Below, in pieces: positions 1 to 11,132 of a stretch of 64,000 nt of DNA. Under the pieces are notes generated by a model. That model was not told the origin of the DNA. It did no database searches and saw only the letters and a program-made list of their open reading frames with translations. The stretch lies in contig NC_134025.1 in assembly GCF_964204645.1 (NCBI RefSeq), forward strand, positions 19,133,101-19,197,100, written 5' to 3'. Position numbers and translations under genes: made by a program. How positions within the stretch are numbered: the stretch's first letter is position 1; every line of letters starts with the position of its first letter. Source of the stretch: Tubulanus polymorphus. Taxonomy: Eukaryota > Animalia > Nemertea.

Positions 1-165
1 AATCTAGGGTAGATACACGTGTAACCCAAATATCAAGCCATTTCATTGAAGGGTCTTAAAACCTTCCCAAAATAACTGCATTCTGTCTACAGACAGACGA
101 ACGAATGAACGGATGGACGACCAGACAGATGAAAAGTGAGCGCAATAGTCCCAAATGGGTTTAAA
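1..165 (+). mobile_element. 3' end fragment of a pearl/HINE-like element (family A variant)
   Basis: TCTAGGGTAGATACA..., GACG-type microsatellite and AAAAGTGAGCGCAATAG end match the family A copies at 52-64 kb. Confidence 0.75.
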
Positions 166-1042
166 ATCAGACAAAATCTACCCATCAAATAAATCACAGG
201 ATCAATCCCTATCTTAAGATCTAAAAATACTAAGATCATCAAACTTTCACCCAAATTCATTTGCAAAAATAGAAACCGTATACCCCTACCCTGGAAATTC
301 TCATTTCCCTCCAGTGTTCTTTCCATATTCGTATGTTTCTTTGGTTACCCTGTTATCATATATATTTTTGCAATTACCTATTCAACCTGCCCATAGGCCC
401 AATGGGTTATTTCTGCATTGAAAGGTTCTTTTTTGAACCTTTTATTAACAAAAAACAATAACTATCATAAAACTTTGGCGAGACCAGGTGGTTTGAATTT
501 GACTTTTTCGTAAGGTTTTCAAGCCTTTTTCGTCAATCCAAACACCAAACTTGAAATTGCTTATTGGCTTAACAACGAAGCCCATTAGACATTAACCTAG
601 GCCCTACAACCTTAAGAGAACGGCTCAAGTCCATTAAAGCATTAAATAGTTCCAGCAGAGTATCATGCGGTACTTAACACAGCCATACTTTATATATATT
701 TAGTCTGATTTTGGCTTATAATGTTATGTATTTAAAATAATGAAATGTCTTAATTTGTCATAGTTAATGTTATATCATAAACATATATTCCATATATTGT
801 ATCTATAAACTTAGTAACAGTTTGTGTCAAACATTTATTAGCACCTGCAATTACTATAATCCCACAGACCTGTGTTGCTAATTGGTGTCTGACACTCAAC
901 AATTTAAGAGTAGTTATTCTCATATTATATTAATGCCAACATGTCTAAACTGTGAGATACATGTCTAGCAAGTATTGTTTATTTAATAACTATGGCTAAT
1001 TAACTATCAAACTCATGTCTCAGCTAGTTCTCAGCAGATGGG

Positions 1043-1076
1043 TATAAATACCCATGGAATGGAACTGCAGTCATTC
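1043..1076 (+). promoter_or_regulatory. LTR core promoter: TATA box plus Inr, predicted TSS about 1073
   Basis: TATAAAT at 1043 and TCATTC (TCAKTY Inr) at 1071-1076, giving canonical -30 spacing. Confidence 0.75.
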
Positions 1077-1439
1077 TATTCTGCTGACAATATACTACAT
1101 GAACGAGACCTCTGAGTTGCTCTTTATTTAATTCAAGGTAAGCCATTTTTATGTCATGTGACCTGAACTCTGGAGATTGTATTAGAGGCATGTTTTGGAG
1201 AAATAATCATTTAATATATCTCTTCAAATGTGCTTTTGATGTATTATACAGAGTCAGATTTATTAGTGGTTAAATCTAGCTTTTGCTTGTAATAAAATAT
1301 CATATTTTAAGCGTCAAATACTATTGCTTTTATAAATATTAAAAATATGTAACTTGTAATTATTATAATATTCATTCTATTCTACTGACAATACACTACA
1401 TGAACGAGACCTCTGAGTTGCTCTTTATTTAATTCAAGG
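1071..1439 (+). repeat. 68-bp intra-LTR direct repeat (1071-1138 and 1372-1439) bracketing a predicted 301-nt intron (1138-1438)
   Basis: Copy 1 ends CAAG|GTAAGC; copy 2 ends pyrimidine-rich TTCAAG|GAC; same layout in the 3' LTR (11545-11612, 11846-11913). Confidence 0.85.
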
Positions 1440-1605
1440 ACTGAGAACTAAGGCTCGATGACCGGAAGAAATCCTACGAATCAGAATTATCGATAAACGC
1501 GAAGTTCCCCTGTTCCGTCAACACTTACGACGCAGGAACCTGTAGAAACAAGACTCAAGGGGCTGATAGTTTCAACCACCCGCACCAGACCAGCCTGATT
1601 GGGTG

Positions 1606-2574
1606 ATGAACAACACCATGCCTTTGGGTAGAGTAGAAGCTTTTGACGGCCAGTCAGATGTTACGATGTGGTTACGTACATTCGAAACGTATTGTACGCT
1701 GAACAATATTCCGAAAGAAAAACACAATCAATTGATTCCTTTTTATCTCGAAGGGCCAGCGAAAACATGGTTTTATAACCTTGCTACGGCTGAGAGAGAG
1801 ACATACGAAAATATCAAAGATAAATTGGTATTGCGGTTTAAAAAGCATTATTGGGATTCGCTTCATGATCTTAAACAAAGGGAGGCGGAGACGACAGATA
1901 GTTACATCCATCGGGTGGAGCAGGTGTCTGTAGGTGCACCCTCGGAGTTCGTCATCGACATGGCAATCAGAGGGCTAAAACCACATCTCCAGCTGCCAGC
2001 GAGGCTGAACGATCATACATCTTTGGACGATTTAAGACGCCATATGGTGAATGTGCAACGAGCACCGTCAAATGGACCAGCAGTAGCAGCGGCTACAAAT
2101 ACATCTGGGAAGTCTACGTTAATTTTGACGGCAATCAACAAATTGACGCAAGCCATACAAGCAAATTCGGATAATGGATTAAGGACAATGGACAGTATGT
2201 CTCAGGTACAGGAAAATACAGAGAATGTTCGAGCAGCAGTTGCAGCCGCAAGCTATCAGCCGACACGTCGACATAACACCTATCAACCGACACAAGTTTC
2301 CTCTTGTGGACGCTGTGGTAAGTTACACGATTCTGGTGCTTGTTATGCTAATGGCAAAAAATGTTTTAACAGTGGCAAACCGGATCATTTTCAGCAAAAA
2401 TGTAGATCAGAAGAAAATAGTTTTCGGAACCAACAACAAGGGTCTGGTTCTTATAATCAGGCTAATTCAGGAAGACCTATTAGGGGTCACCAATTTAATG
2501 ACCAACGTTACAGTCGATCTGAACATAGGCCAAATCAGGGTTCTAGTAGCTTCCGTAGCAATTCACGTCATTGA
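1606..2574 (+). CDS. gag: Gag polyprotein
   Basis: Capsid-like N-terminus (FDG..WL..FE, LEGPAKTWF, LKQREAETTDSY) and paired zinc knuckles CGRCGKLH...C / CFNSGKPDHFQQKC with one Cys replaced by Ser. Confidence 0.9.
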   Translation: MNNTMPLGRVEAFDGQSDVTMWLRTFETYCTLNNIPKEKHNQLIPFYLEGPAKTWFYNLATAERETYENIKDKLVLRFKKHYWDSLHDLKQREAETTDSYIHRVEQVSVGAPSEFVIDMAIRGLKPHLQLPARLNDHTSLDDLRRHMVNVQRAPSNGPAVAAATNTSGKSTLILTAINKLTQAIQANSDNGLRTMDSMSQVQENTENVRAAVAAASYQPTRRHNTYQPTQVSSCGRCGKLHDSGACYANGKKCFNSGKPDHFQQKCRSEENSFRNQQQGSGSYNQANSGRPIRGHQFNDQRYSRSEHRPNQGSSSFRSNSRH

Positions 2575-2691
2575 AGACGCGGGCCTATCCAAAGGCAAAT
2601 GAATACACCTACGGATAGGCGGGTAGATGACAAACCAGTCGTTAACACGACGGTTCCTATGGAAAGAAATACTTGCGTGGTCACTGTTAAC

Positions 2692-5051
2692 AACAAGAGC
2701 CCCAAGGGGCACAATGGCCAGCCTGTCAGATTTGCTTTTTATAAATGATGTAATCTGTGGGTTATATTTATCAATATACACTCCCTGCTCAATATCATTT
2801 ACATAGTAAACAGGAATGAATGTAATATAGAAATACTAAGTTATTGTATTGTTCAACGCCCCTGGTGGCCATATACAAAAACCAATGAGCTTAAAAATCA
2901 CCAAGATCATAGACCATGTCATGAGCTACAACTTTCCAATTGATTGTCGTAGCAAAATATGCATAGGTACGAATGTAATATAGAAATACTAAGTTATTGT
3001 ATTGTTCAACGCCCCCTGGTGGCCATAAACAAAAACCAATGAGCTTGAAACTCACCTCGATCATAGAACATGAGCTACAACTTTCCAATTGATTATAGTT
3101 GCAAAATATGCTTAAGTATCAATTATGATGTGGAAAAACTTTTTTCCACCTACGAATGAGTACTGATGACTCCAAGATGGCCGCCAAGTGCGTCATAATT
3201 GCCTGGTCAAAAATACCCTCTCGGATATAAAAGATCCCTTTCCAAAGAATACCCATTACAAATTGCAATGAAACATGGCACACCATTAGAAAGCTACAGT
3301 ACTCAGAATTCAGGCCAAAATTGACATTTTTGGGAACAAAAAAGGTCACAGGACGGCCATCTTGAGTCCGATCGACCCAATTTTTCTCATGCCGATGGGC
3401 CCTCGGGGGAAACAAATATATACGAATGATCAAGGTTATTGATAAAAGTGTCTTCAAAATTTCGCTAGAAAACTTCAAAAATGTGTAAAAAGTGCTGATT
3501 TTGGCCAACAACAATGGCTGCCAGTCGGCCATCTTGAATCTGACAGGGCCAGTTTTTGGCCTGTGTCTAGGGTAGATACACGTATAAACCAAATATCAAG
3601 ACATTACCTTGAAGCCTCTTCAAAACTTTGGAACTCTCACGAACTATCTAGATGGTTATTTCTCGACCTCAATAGCTTCAAGACCCATCTCAAAACAACT
3701 TTGTTCCATGCAGCATACCATTAACTCTCGGAAAGCGAATTGTATTTAACATTTTTTTGGCAGAATAAAATTTGATTGAATTTGCAATTCGGGCACATGG
3801 CTAATTAGCATATCAAGGTCATACATCCGATTTGGTAAAACCATTTTTTTCGCGAACCTTGCGCAATTGTCAAGGATGAATTTTCTGTAGAGCAAATAAA
3901 AATTCCTCCCAAACACCAAATCAACTAAAGATTTCATAGAAATCGATCTTGAAATACAATTTTAATTCTTAAAATAAAACCCGGAAGTAAAACAGTAGAC
4001 GACCGCGGGTTCACGTGAACCCTGATATCTGTAAACGAAATGTTGGTTGTTACAAAATTGTTCAGACGGTTTTAGGTGGTAATAAGTACGGAAACGTAAC
4101 GACCATGGTCGACTTATTCGATGAAATCAGGCCTATGTGATATCCAAATTTTGACTTTTTTATTCTCCAGACCTCCCTGATATAGAAATAAAAAATGTTG
4201 GTGGTACGAAAGTGCAATCACAGCGCCGACGGGGACAGAGCCGTGTCAGAGATCGGCGGAATGAAAATTGAGGTGGACGAACACGAAGAAGTAGGCTATT
4301 GCGCTACTTGAATCACGAAAACTCCTGGCGCGGCCCCGACGCTTTTCGTTGATTAAGTAATACAAATATCATGCAATGGGTTTTCACAATCTACCGCTGG
4401 TATTTACCGGATTTCAATATCACTCCAAAATTCCTCGAAACCTCGAAATATCGAACCGGAACACTTCCGGTAGATATCCGCGGCTGCCCAACCGGGAAAC
4501 TTATTTGTTTCAATAGATATTGATAGGATCCATCATCTTCACCCGTCAAGGGATTCGAACCCACTAAGCTAAAGCCATGCCAGAATCGGGTCGGGCCAAT
4601 CACAGCGCTTGTAACAAACCACATTAGGCTTCTGTGGAATTTCCCAGTAAATGGGCCAATCAGCGAACACGTAGCGAAAGCGGAAGTATTGTCGTGTGTT
4701 GATACATGACGTCATGCGCAAAAGCGCCAGTAATGAAATCGCGATAATTCACGTGAACAGCTGCTGATATTTTCAGATAAACCAATCACAGGGAAGACAC
4801 AACTTCCTGATTGGCTGATAAAAATTGAAATTTTTACCGATTTAACTTTCGTGAAAAACGCAGAAAACATTTTTATGAGACCCTATTTCAAAATTCTGCT
4901 CGCTACGATTCCGAGAATGGATTACGCTTAAATACGTGATATACGTTCGAATATGCCCTCACTTGGCAAGCAAAAGAGCCTTTTGTGTGGAAACCATGTC
5001 ATTTAAATTCGCTCCATTTGTATAGTAATAGGCTCAGCCTACGGCTGGCCT
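2692..5051 (+). mobile_element. Composite HINE/Helentron-type non-autonomous element (family B) inserted in the protease
   Basis: Splits VVTVN | KKIVNALIDSGA in an A-rich target without TSD; 5' hairpin GCCCCAAGGGGC; subterminal IR GGCCAGCC (2716) / GGCTGGCC (5043); 3' end shared with about 23750-23832; carries a family A fragment at about 2815-3628. Confidence 0.8.
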
Positions 5052-8000
5052 AAAAAAATTGTGAATGCATTGATAGATTCAGGTGCTCAAATTTGCTGTG
5101 TATCAAAGTATACTTTAGACAAGTGTAAATTATCTCATAAAATAGAGCCATCCAATTATACATCTATTGTAGGAGTTGGGGGTGAAACACACGAGGTTGT
5201 AGGAAAAATCAATTTGCCTATCACCTTTGGTGGATCTCTGACCCTCCATTTTGACTTCCACGTTTTTAAAGTGTTACACCACCCACTCATCATTGGATAG
5301 AATTTTATGGAAAAATTCAACGTTTCTTTTATAATGGAAAAGAAACTTTTGGCCATAGGTGACCGACATGTTCAGCATATTGATTCAAATATTGGGTTGT
5401 ACAAATCCACACGCGGCGTTGTTATCCCACCCCATTCTACTAGTTGTATTCCTTTATTTGTCAAAAACCTTAGTAAAAACACTGAGGTGTTATTATTAGA
5501 ACCAGTTCAAACTTTACACAAAAACAAACTTGCTGGTGCTCGTACGCTTACTAAGTGTTGCAACGGTAAAGTTTTCTTCAATGTTTTGAATCCCACTGAT
5601 CAGGCGATTTTTATACCACGTAACAAAGTTTTGGCTACAGTACATGCCGTTGAAGTTGATTCTGTATCCGAACTGTTAGATTCTGTTTCTAGGGAAGTTC
5701 CTAACGTCTCAGTTGCATCACCTCATACAACCCAAATTAACACAGATCAAATACCAGATATTAGTTTCAACATTGATTCTGAAGTATTAAACGATACTCA
5801 ACGTTCAGCACTGCATAGGTTGTTGATACATAATCGTGATGTATTCGCGACAGGCATCTCTGAATTAGGTTGTACTGATCTCTACAGTCATAAAATTGAC
5901 ACTGGTGATCGTCCACCGATTCGACACCAACCATACCGTTATTCAGTTCCTATGAAACAGGAAATTGAGGCAAAGGTCAAAGAGATGGTGGATAATGGTA
6001 TTGCAGTGCCAAGCACCTCAGAATGGGCTTCTCCAGTGGTCATGGTTAAAAAGAAGGATTCCAAGGAATGGCGTTTTGCCATTGACTATCGGGCTTTAAA
6101 TGCATGCACTAAACCGATTAACTTTCCGATGCCTCGAACTTAAGATGTCGTTGATGCAGTTGGCCAAAGCCAAGCAAAATTTTTCTCTATCTTGGATTTA
6201 TCTTCCGGGTTTTGGCAGATCCCTATGGACAAAAATTCGGAAGAACGTACTGGGTTTGTTACCCATGAGGGCCAATATCATTTCAAAAAAATGCCATTTG
6301 GTTTGATGAATGCACCTATGTCGTTCCAAATGGTTATGTCTAAGGCACTTCAAGGTGTGCATTGGAAATATGCACTCTGTTATGTTGATGACATATTGAT
6401 TTTCAGTCAATCATTTGAGGAACACTTGCTGCATCTTGATCAGGTTTTTAAACGTCTGCGGCAAGCTAAATTAACATTAAAACCATCTAAGTGCTATTTC
6501 GGAAGAGATAAAGTCACTTATCTCGGTCACATTTTCAGTCGGCATGGTCTGCAGGTAGATGATGCAAAGATATCAGTTGTTAAGTCATTTCCAATACCAA
6601 AATGTCAACGAGACGTTCGTTCATTTTTAGGATTGTGTAACTACTATAGGCGGTTCATTTTAGGCTATGCAAACATTGCAAACCCGCTCAATACTTTGCT
6701 CAGAGCAAACGTTGCCTTTCGCTGGACGGAAGATGCTCAAGACGCATTCGATAAATTAAAAAGTGCACTCACCTCGGCGCCGGTATTACGTTATCCGAAT
6801 CCGAAAGCCAGGTTTACATTAACTACCGATGCTTCAGATAGTAGTATTGGCATGATTTTAGGTCAGGTTGATGATGATGGTAATCATTACGTTGTCTGTT
6901 ATGGTGGTCGATCACTAGGTCCTTCTGAACAGAAATGGTCAATCGTAGAAAAAGAATGCTTGGCTATCATAGAGGGTGTTGAGAAATACGGAGAGTATTT
7001 ACGCTATACGGAGTTCGATATTTTCACTGACCATCAGCCGCTTACTTACCTTGACAAGAATAAGAACCATAATTCAAGATTGTGTAGATGGTCTTTACGT
7101 TTACAAGGTCTTCAGTATACAATCCATTATAAACCGGGAAAGAAAAATGCAGCGGCTGATGCCTTGTCCAGGCGACTGTACCCATTATGTCATCAAGATC
7201 ATGATGATACAGATTTGCCAACGGTTCTAAGTATCGGCACACCTGCATGCAATGAAGTAACCTTTCATTATGCAACTGATGCGCCTATACAGGTTTTACA
7301 GGTCCAACCTGTACCTTCCGAGGAGCAGTTGGCTAAAGCTCAAAGGGAATGTCTTGACTGTCAGGACATCATCAGTTATCTTAAAGAGCAAACAGTTCCC
7401 AAGGACCCTAGACGTGCTAAATATCTCGCAACAATTGAAAATGAATATTACGTACGTTCAAATGGTATACTGTGTCACTTATACTACCCTAGGTCCAATG
7501 CACGAAAACGCAATAAAACAGTTATTTACCAAGTGGTACTACCACGCTCAATGAGGCGTGACGTTATATTGTCGTATCATGATTGCAAAGCCGGTGGTGG
7601 CCACTTAGGAGTGGAACTTAAGAAAACCTATGAAGCAATTAAGGAGCAATATTTTTGGCCCAGGATGTATTCGGACCTGGAAGCGTACATCAACTCTTGT
7701 AAGAATTGTCAGGAAAACAAACAGAACATGCACAATAAGCCTCCATTAAATCCTCTGCCTATCGCAGACAAACTACATAGATGGCACATGGATATCATTG
7801 GTCTATTACCACAAACTACAGATGGCCACAAATACATTCTTTTAGTCGTGGAAAGTATGTCTAGGTGGATTGAAGCTTTTCCATTACAATCACAGGAGGC
7901 TCCAGAGATTGCCAAGGTCCTGTACTCACAGATCATTACGAGATGGGGTGCTCCGAGGCACATCGTTACCGATCGTGGGCCTAACTTCATTTCAAAGCTT

Positions 8001-9041
8001 ATAAGGGCTGTCTCCGATTTATTCCAAATAACCAAGACGGAAACAAGCTCTTATCATCCTCAATCTAACGCGGCTTGTGAAAGGAATAATGCGACAATTG
8101 AACAGATACAACGGTCGTATATCGATAAAAGTCAGTCAAACTGGCACGAGTTATTACCCAGTGTAATGATGGTTCTTCGTAGGAGCATATCTCCTACTAC
8201 TGGGTTCTCGCCATTTGAAATAATGACAGGAAGACAGATGTCACTTCCGATTGATACCTCCCTAGTTCCAACTGATGCACTGACCAAACCGCACAAGCAA
8301 ATTGTGCAGGATATAATCAGCACAATAAAACCCGTTGAGCAATTAGCCAAGGAAAACATTCATGACACTCAGGTTAAAGATAAGACTAGATATGATAAGA
8401 AGTCAAACATCCCTACCTTTAAATTAAACGATCGTGTATGCTAAAAGGTGAAAAAGACCCCAAGGGGTTTGTCGCATAAACTGTACAAACAAACGGACGG
8501 TCCGTATTATATTCATAAGGTGAATGATAATTTCACGTATCATATAACTAAAGAGGATACTAATAAGGTTAGAAAAGGTGCAGTGAACGCCAAGTTATTG
8601 AAATATTTTAAAGATCCTGAAGATCGCCCTGATCATTTGATAGATGACGATACTCAGATAACGCCTACTCAAGCACCAACAAGTGACATTACGCAGCTAG
8701 ACAAGGTAGTTGATGGCACCCCAATTACTAATACTGATATATCATTGGGTGGCAAGCAGGTTGTTACAACGAAACCTATCAATGATAATCCTAATGGGCA
8801 TGTTGACAAAGCCGACTTGCCTCTTAAATTTCCAGGCCAGATCGATGCCTTAATATCATACAAATGTGTCGGTGGCAAAAAGATTTGGAAAGTACGATAC
8901 GCAGGTATACCCGGTAGACATGAAGTTGATGGTGTTTCAATTCCTGCCCACCTAATTCGATCATTTCACATAGCAAGGAGGGCAGATGGTCGTAAGCGTC
9001 GACGCCCCTATGTACAGAAACCAACGCAAGCACAAGTGTAG
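5052..9041 (+). pseudogene. pol: pol (PR, RT, RNase H, integrase with GPY/F and chromodomain-like tail), three in-frame stops
   Basis: LIDSGA, YVDD, TDAS, HHCC, D-D-E and DGPY motifs all in one frame; stops at 5298, 6141 and 8442; N-terminal piece at about 2659-2691. Confidence 0.93.
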
Positions 9042-9144
9042 TTAGCCATTCAACTCTTGGATTAGTTCTCAATTAGGGCCAACTATCTGTGCTAGGATTT
9101 TAGGTTAGATGCAGGGCCCGCATTCTTCCTTGATTCATTCGGTC

Positions 9145-9173
9145 CTAACTGAGGTTCTCTTTTTCATTTGTAG
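9145..9173 (+). promoter_or_regulatory. Splice acceptor for subgenomic env mRNA
   Basis: CTAAC branch point, pyrimidine tract and TAG immediately before a hydrophobic signal-peptide-like reading frame. Confidence 0.75.
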
Positions 9174-11015
9174 GATTGGCAACCACAGCGATTGTTCTGT
9201 TCCTCCTGATGGCAACCGATCATATGATACAACAGGTACAGAATGAAGTAGAATCAATCTATAATATGGAAATGACTAGTTCACAAATGTATAATCTTCT
9301 GTTCACTACTCTAAGTAATTCACATCTTATCACGACATCTATAAATCAGTTTCATGAAGGTATTCGCCAATTGGTTTCTGGAAAGATTCCGCCGAGTCTA
9401 ATCTCACCGCATGTCTTGAAAGGGACTATAAATCATGTTCAAAAACTCGGACGTACACTATTATTTCTCGGAAGCTTCATTCTTTTACACTAGACGACGG
9501 GATAGCATTTTCTTAACTATTAAGTTGCCTCTTTCATACTTTCGGTACCCTTTACAATTATTTCAAATTCAAACATTTCCCGTGCCTATCAACAGCACGT
9601 CGAATTACGGCACTAAATTAGTAAGCCATGCTGATTACCTGCCGCTTTCGAATGATAACTCTTATTATGCCCTCTTAACTACAAGTGAACTACTTTCTTG
9701 TGAAGCCACCAGTAGTAAGGTGTGTCACACTAGTGTTCCTGTTAAGCCGGCCACAGCAGGATCTTGTGAATATGCTGTATTCGCAGACGATAAAATCATG
9801 GTGGAAAAGTTGTGCAATTTCAACGTTTTACCCAATGCCATTTCTTCAAATATTCAGCCATTAGAATCACCCGCCATATTAATTACACGAGTATCGCATA
9901 TCAATCTACTATGTAAAAACAAGAAAAAGCACATTATTGGATGTGACTTCTGTGAATTAAGGGTGCCTTGTGGGTGCGCCGTTACCACGGAACGTCTGGT
10001 CATTCCACCGCGTATATCAAGTTGCAATGGTTCCTCGACCGAACCACAGATACTTCACCCCGTCAATTTAGCGTTGATACAAGAATTTTTTACAACCGGT
10101 ACTCATTCAACAATATTTGGTGGAACCACCTTTTCGAAACCCATAGATATGAAGTTACCAAACCTTAACATCTTCAATCATCGATTTTCTCATATTCTTG
10201 GTACAGATGACAAAATCGCTATGAATTTGAAAGTATTGGCTAATGCAACTCGCCATGACCAATCGGTGTATCATTCACTGACTGAAGGCCTGCTGGACGG
10301 TGCTATTGCATTGCCGGCTCCATGGCCCACGTCATTAAGTGATATCATTGGATTGGCAGCGCTTCTGTTGTCCAGTGTTGTTTCCATTGTTTTATTCATT
10401 ACTTGCAAAAAGCTACGCACGATCACTGTTACACTCAACACCCTAGAAAGAGTACATTCGGTTAGGGCAGCAATACTACCTAAGTTCATTTACGACAATA
10501 TTGCCACCCCACCACCGACGACGACTCCCATTAATTACTTAGCTATAAGCTCTTTGGAAATATTATTATATACCACCATCCTTTTACAGGTTGTCATATT
10601 ACTGTATTGCTTTTTCAAAAAAGCATTACGTCGTGGAAATGAGACTCGTATTCTTTTGGAGGTTACATGTGGCTCTCATTGTGTTATAGTGCCACTTATG
10701 ACACTATCTATGTGTCCGTCGCATTGGCACATCATACCACCCTTAAGGATATCAAATCTACAGATTATGGGGTGTTGGATGCCTGAATTACATATTGATA
10801 TTGCTGACATGTCGGTTATAAGTCGTTACAATAATAAGGCTATGGTCATACCTAAATATTTTAAACTATCTATATATCAAGCGTTCATATTAAAGAAAAT
10901 ATTGCGTCACCCGTTTGCCACGAATGTGATTATCGAGCACCATAAACGTGTAACTCCATTGATTACTGCACCACAGATGGACCATCCTCCATCATACCCA
11001 GGCCTACCTGCCTAG
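9174..11015 (+). pseudogene. env: env-like glycoprotein (baculovirus F/errantivirus-like), frameshifted near 9440 and probably internally deleted
   Basis: Signal-like LATTAIVLFLLMA, GKIPPSLISP motif, Cys-rich ectodomain with N-glycosylation sequons, two TM segments, long C-terminal domain ending PPSY. Confidence 0.8.
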
Positions 11016-11120
11016 GTATAAATTAAGCTGTCGGTGTATCCTTATTCTTGTATATACACTAAATTACTGTTATTCTATTATCTATGTAATATCGACTTTT
11101 CAGGAGAAAAGTTTTTTTTC

Positions 11121-11132
11121 AGGTGAGGGGGT
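11121..11132 (+). other. Polypurine tract
   Basis: AGGTGAGGGGGT abutting the 3' LTR. Confidence 0.85.

Larger units (their letters stand above)
659..1447 (+). repeat. 5' LTR of element 1
   Basis: Ungapped match to 11133-11921 with 4 substitutions seen by eye; begins AGTATCAT rather than TG. Confidence 0.93.

Noticed and set aside
3119-3592. Recurrent ORFs such as RFKMADWQPLL (also 52527, 54689, 57363, 59919, 63474)
   Set aside because: Antisense translations of the non-coding HINE family A body; frames are not conserved among copies.
5298-8444. Programmed stop-codon readthrough in pol
   Set aside because: Three stops fall inside conserved domains rather than at the gag-pol boundary, so they are better explained as nonsense mutations.
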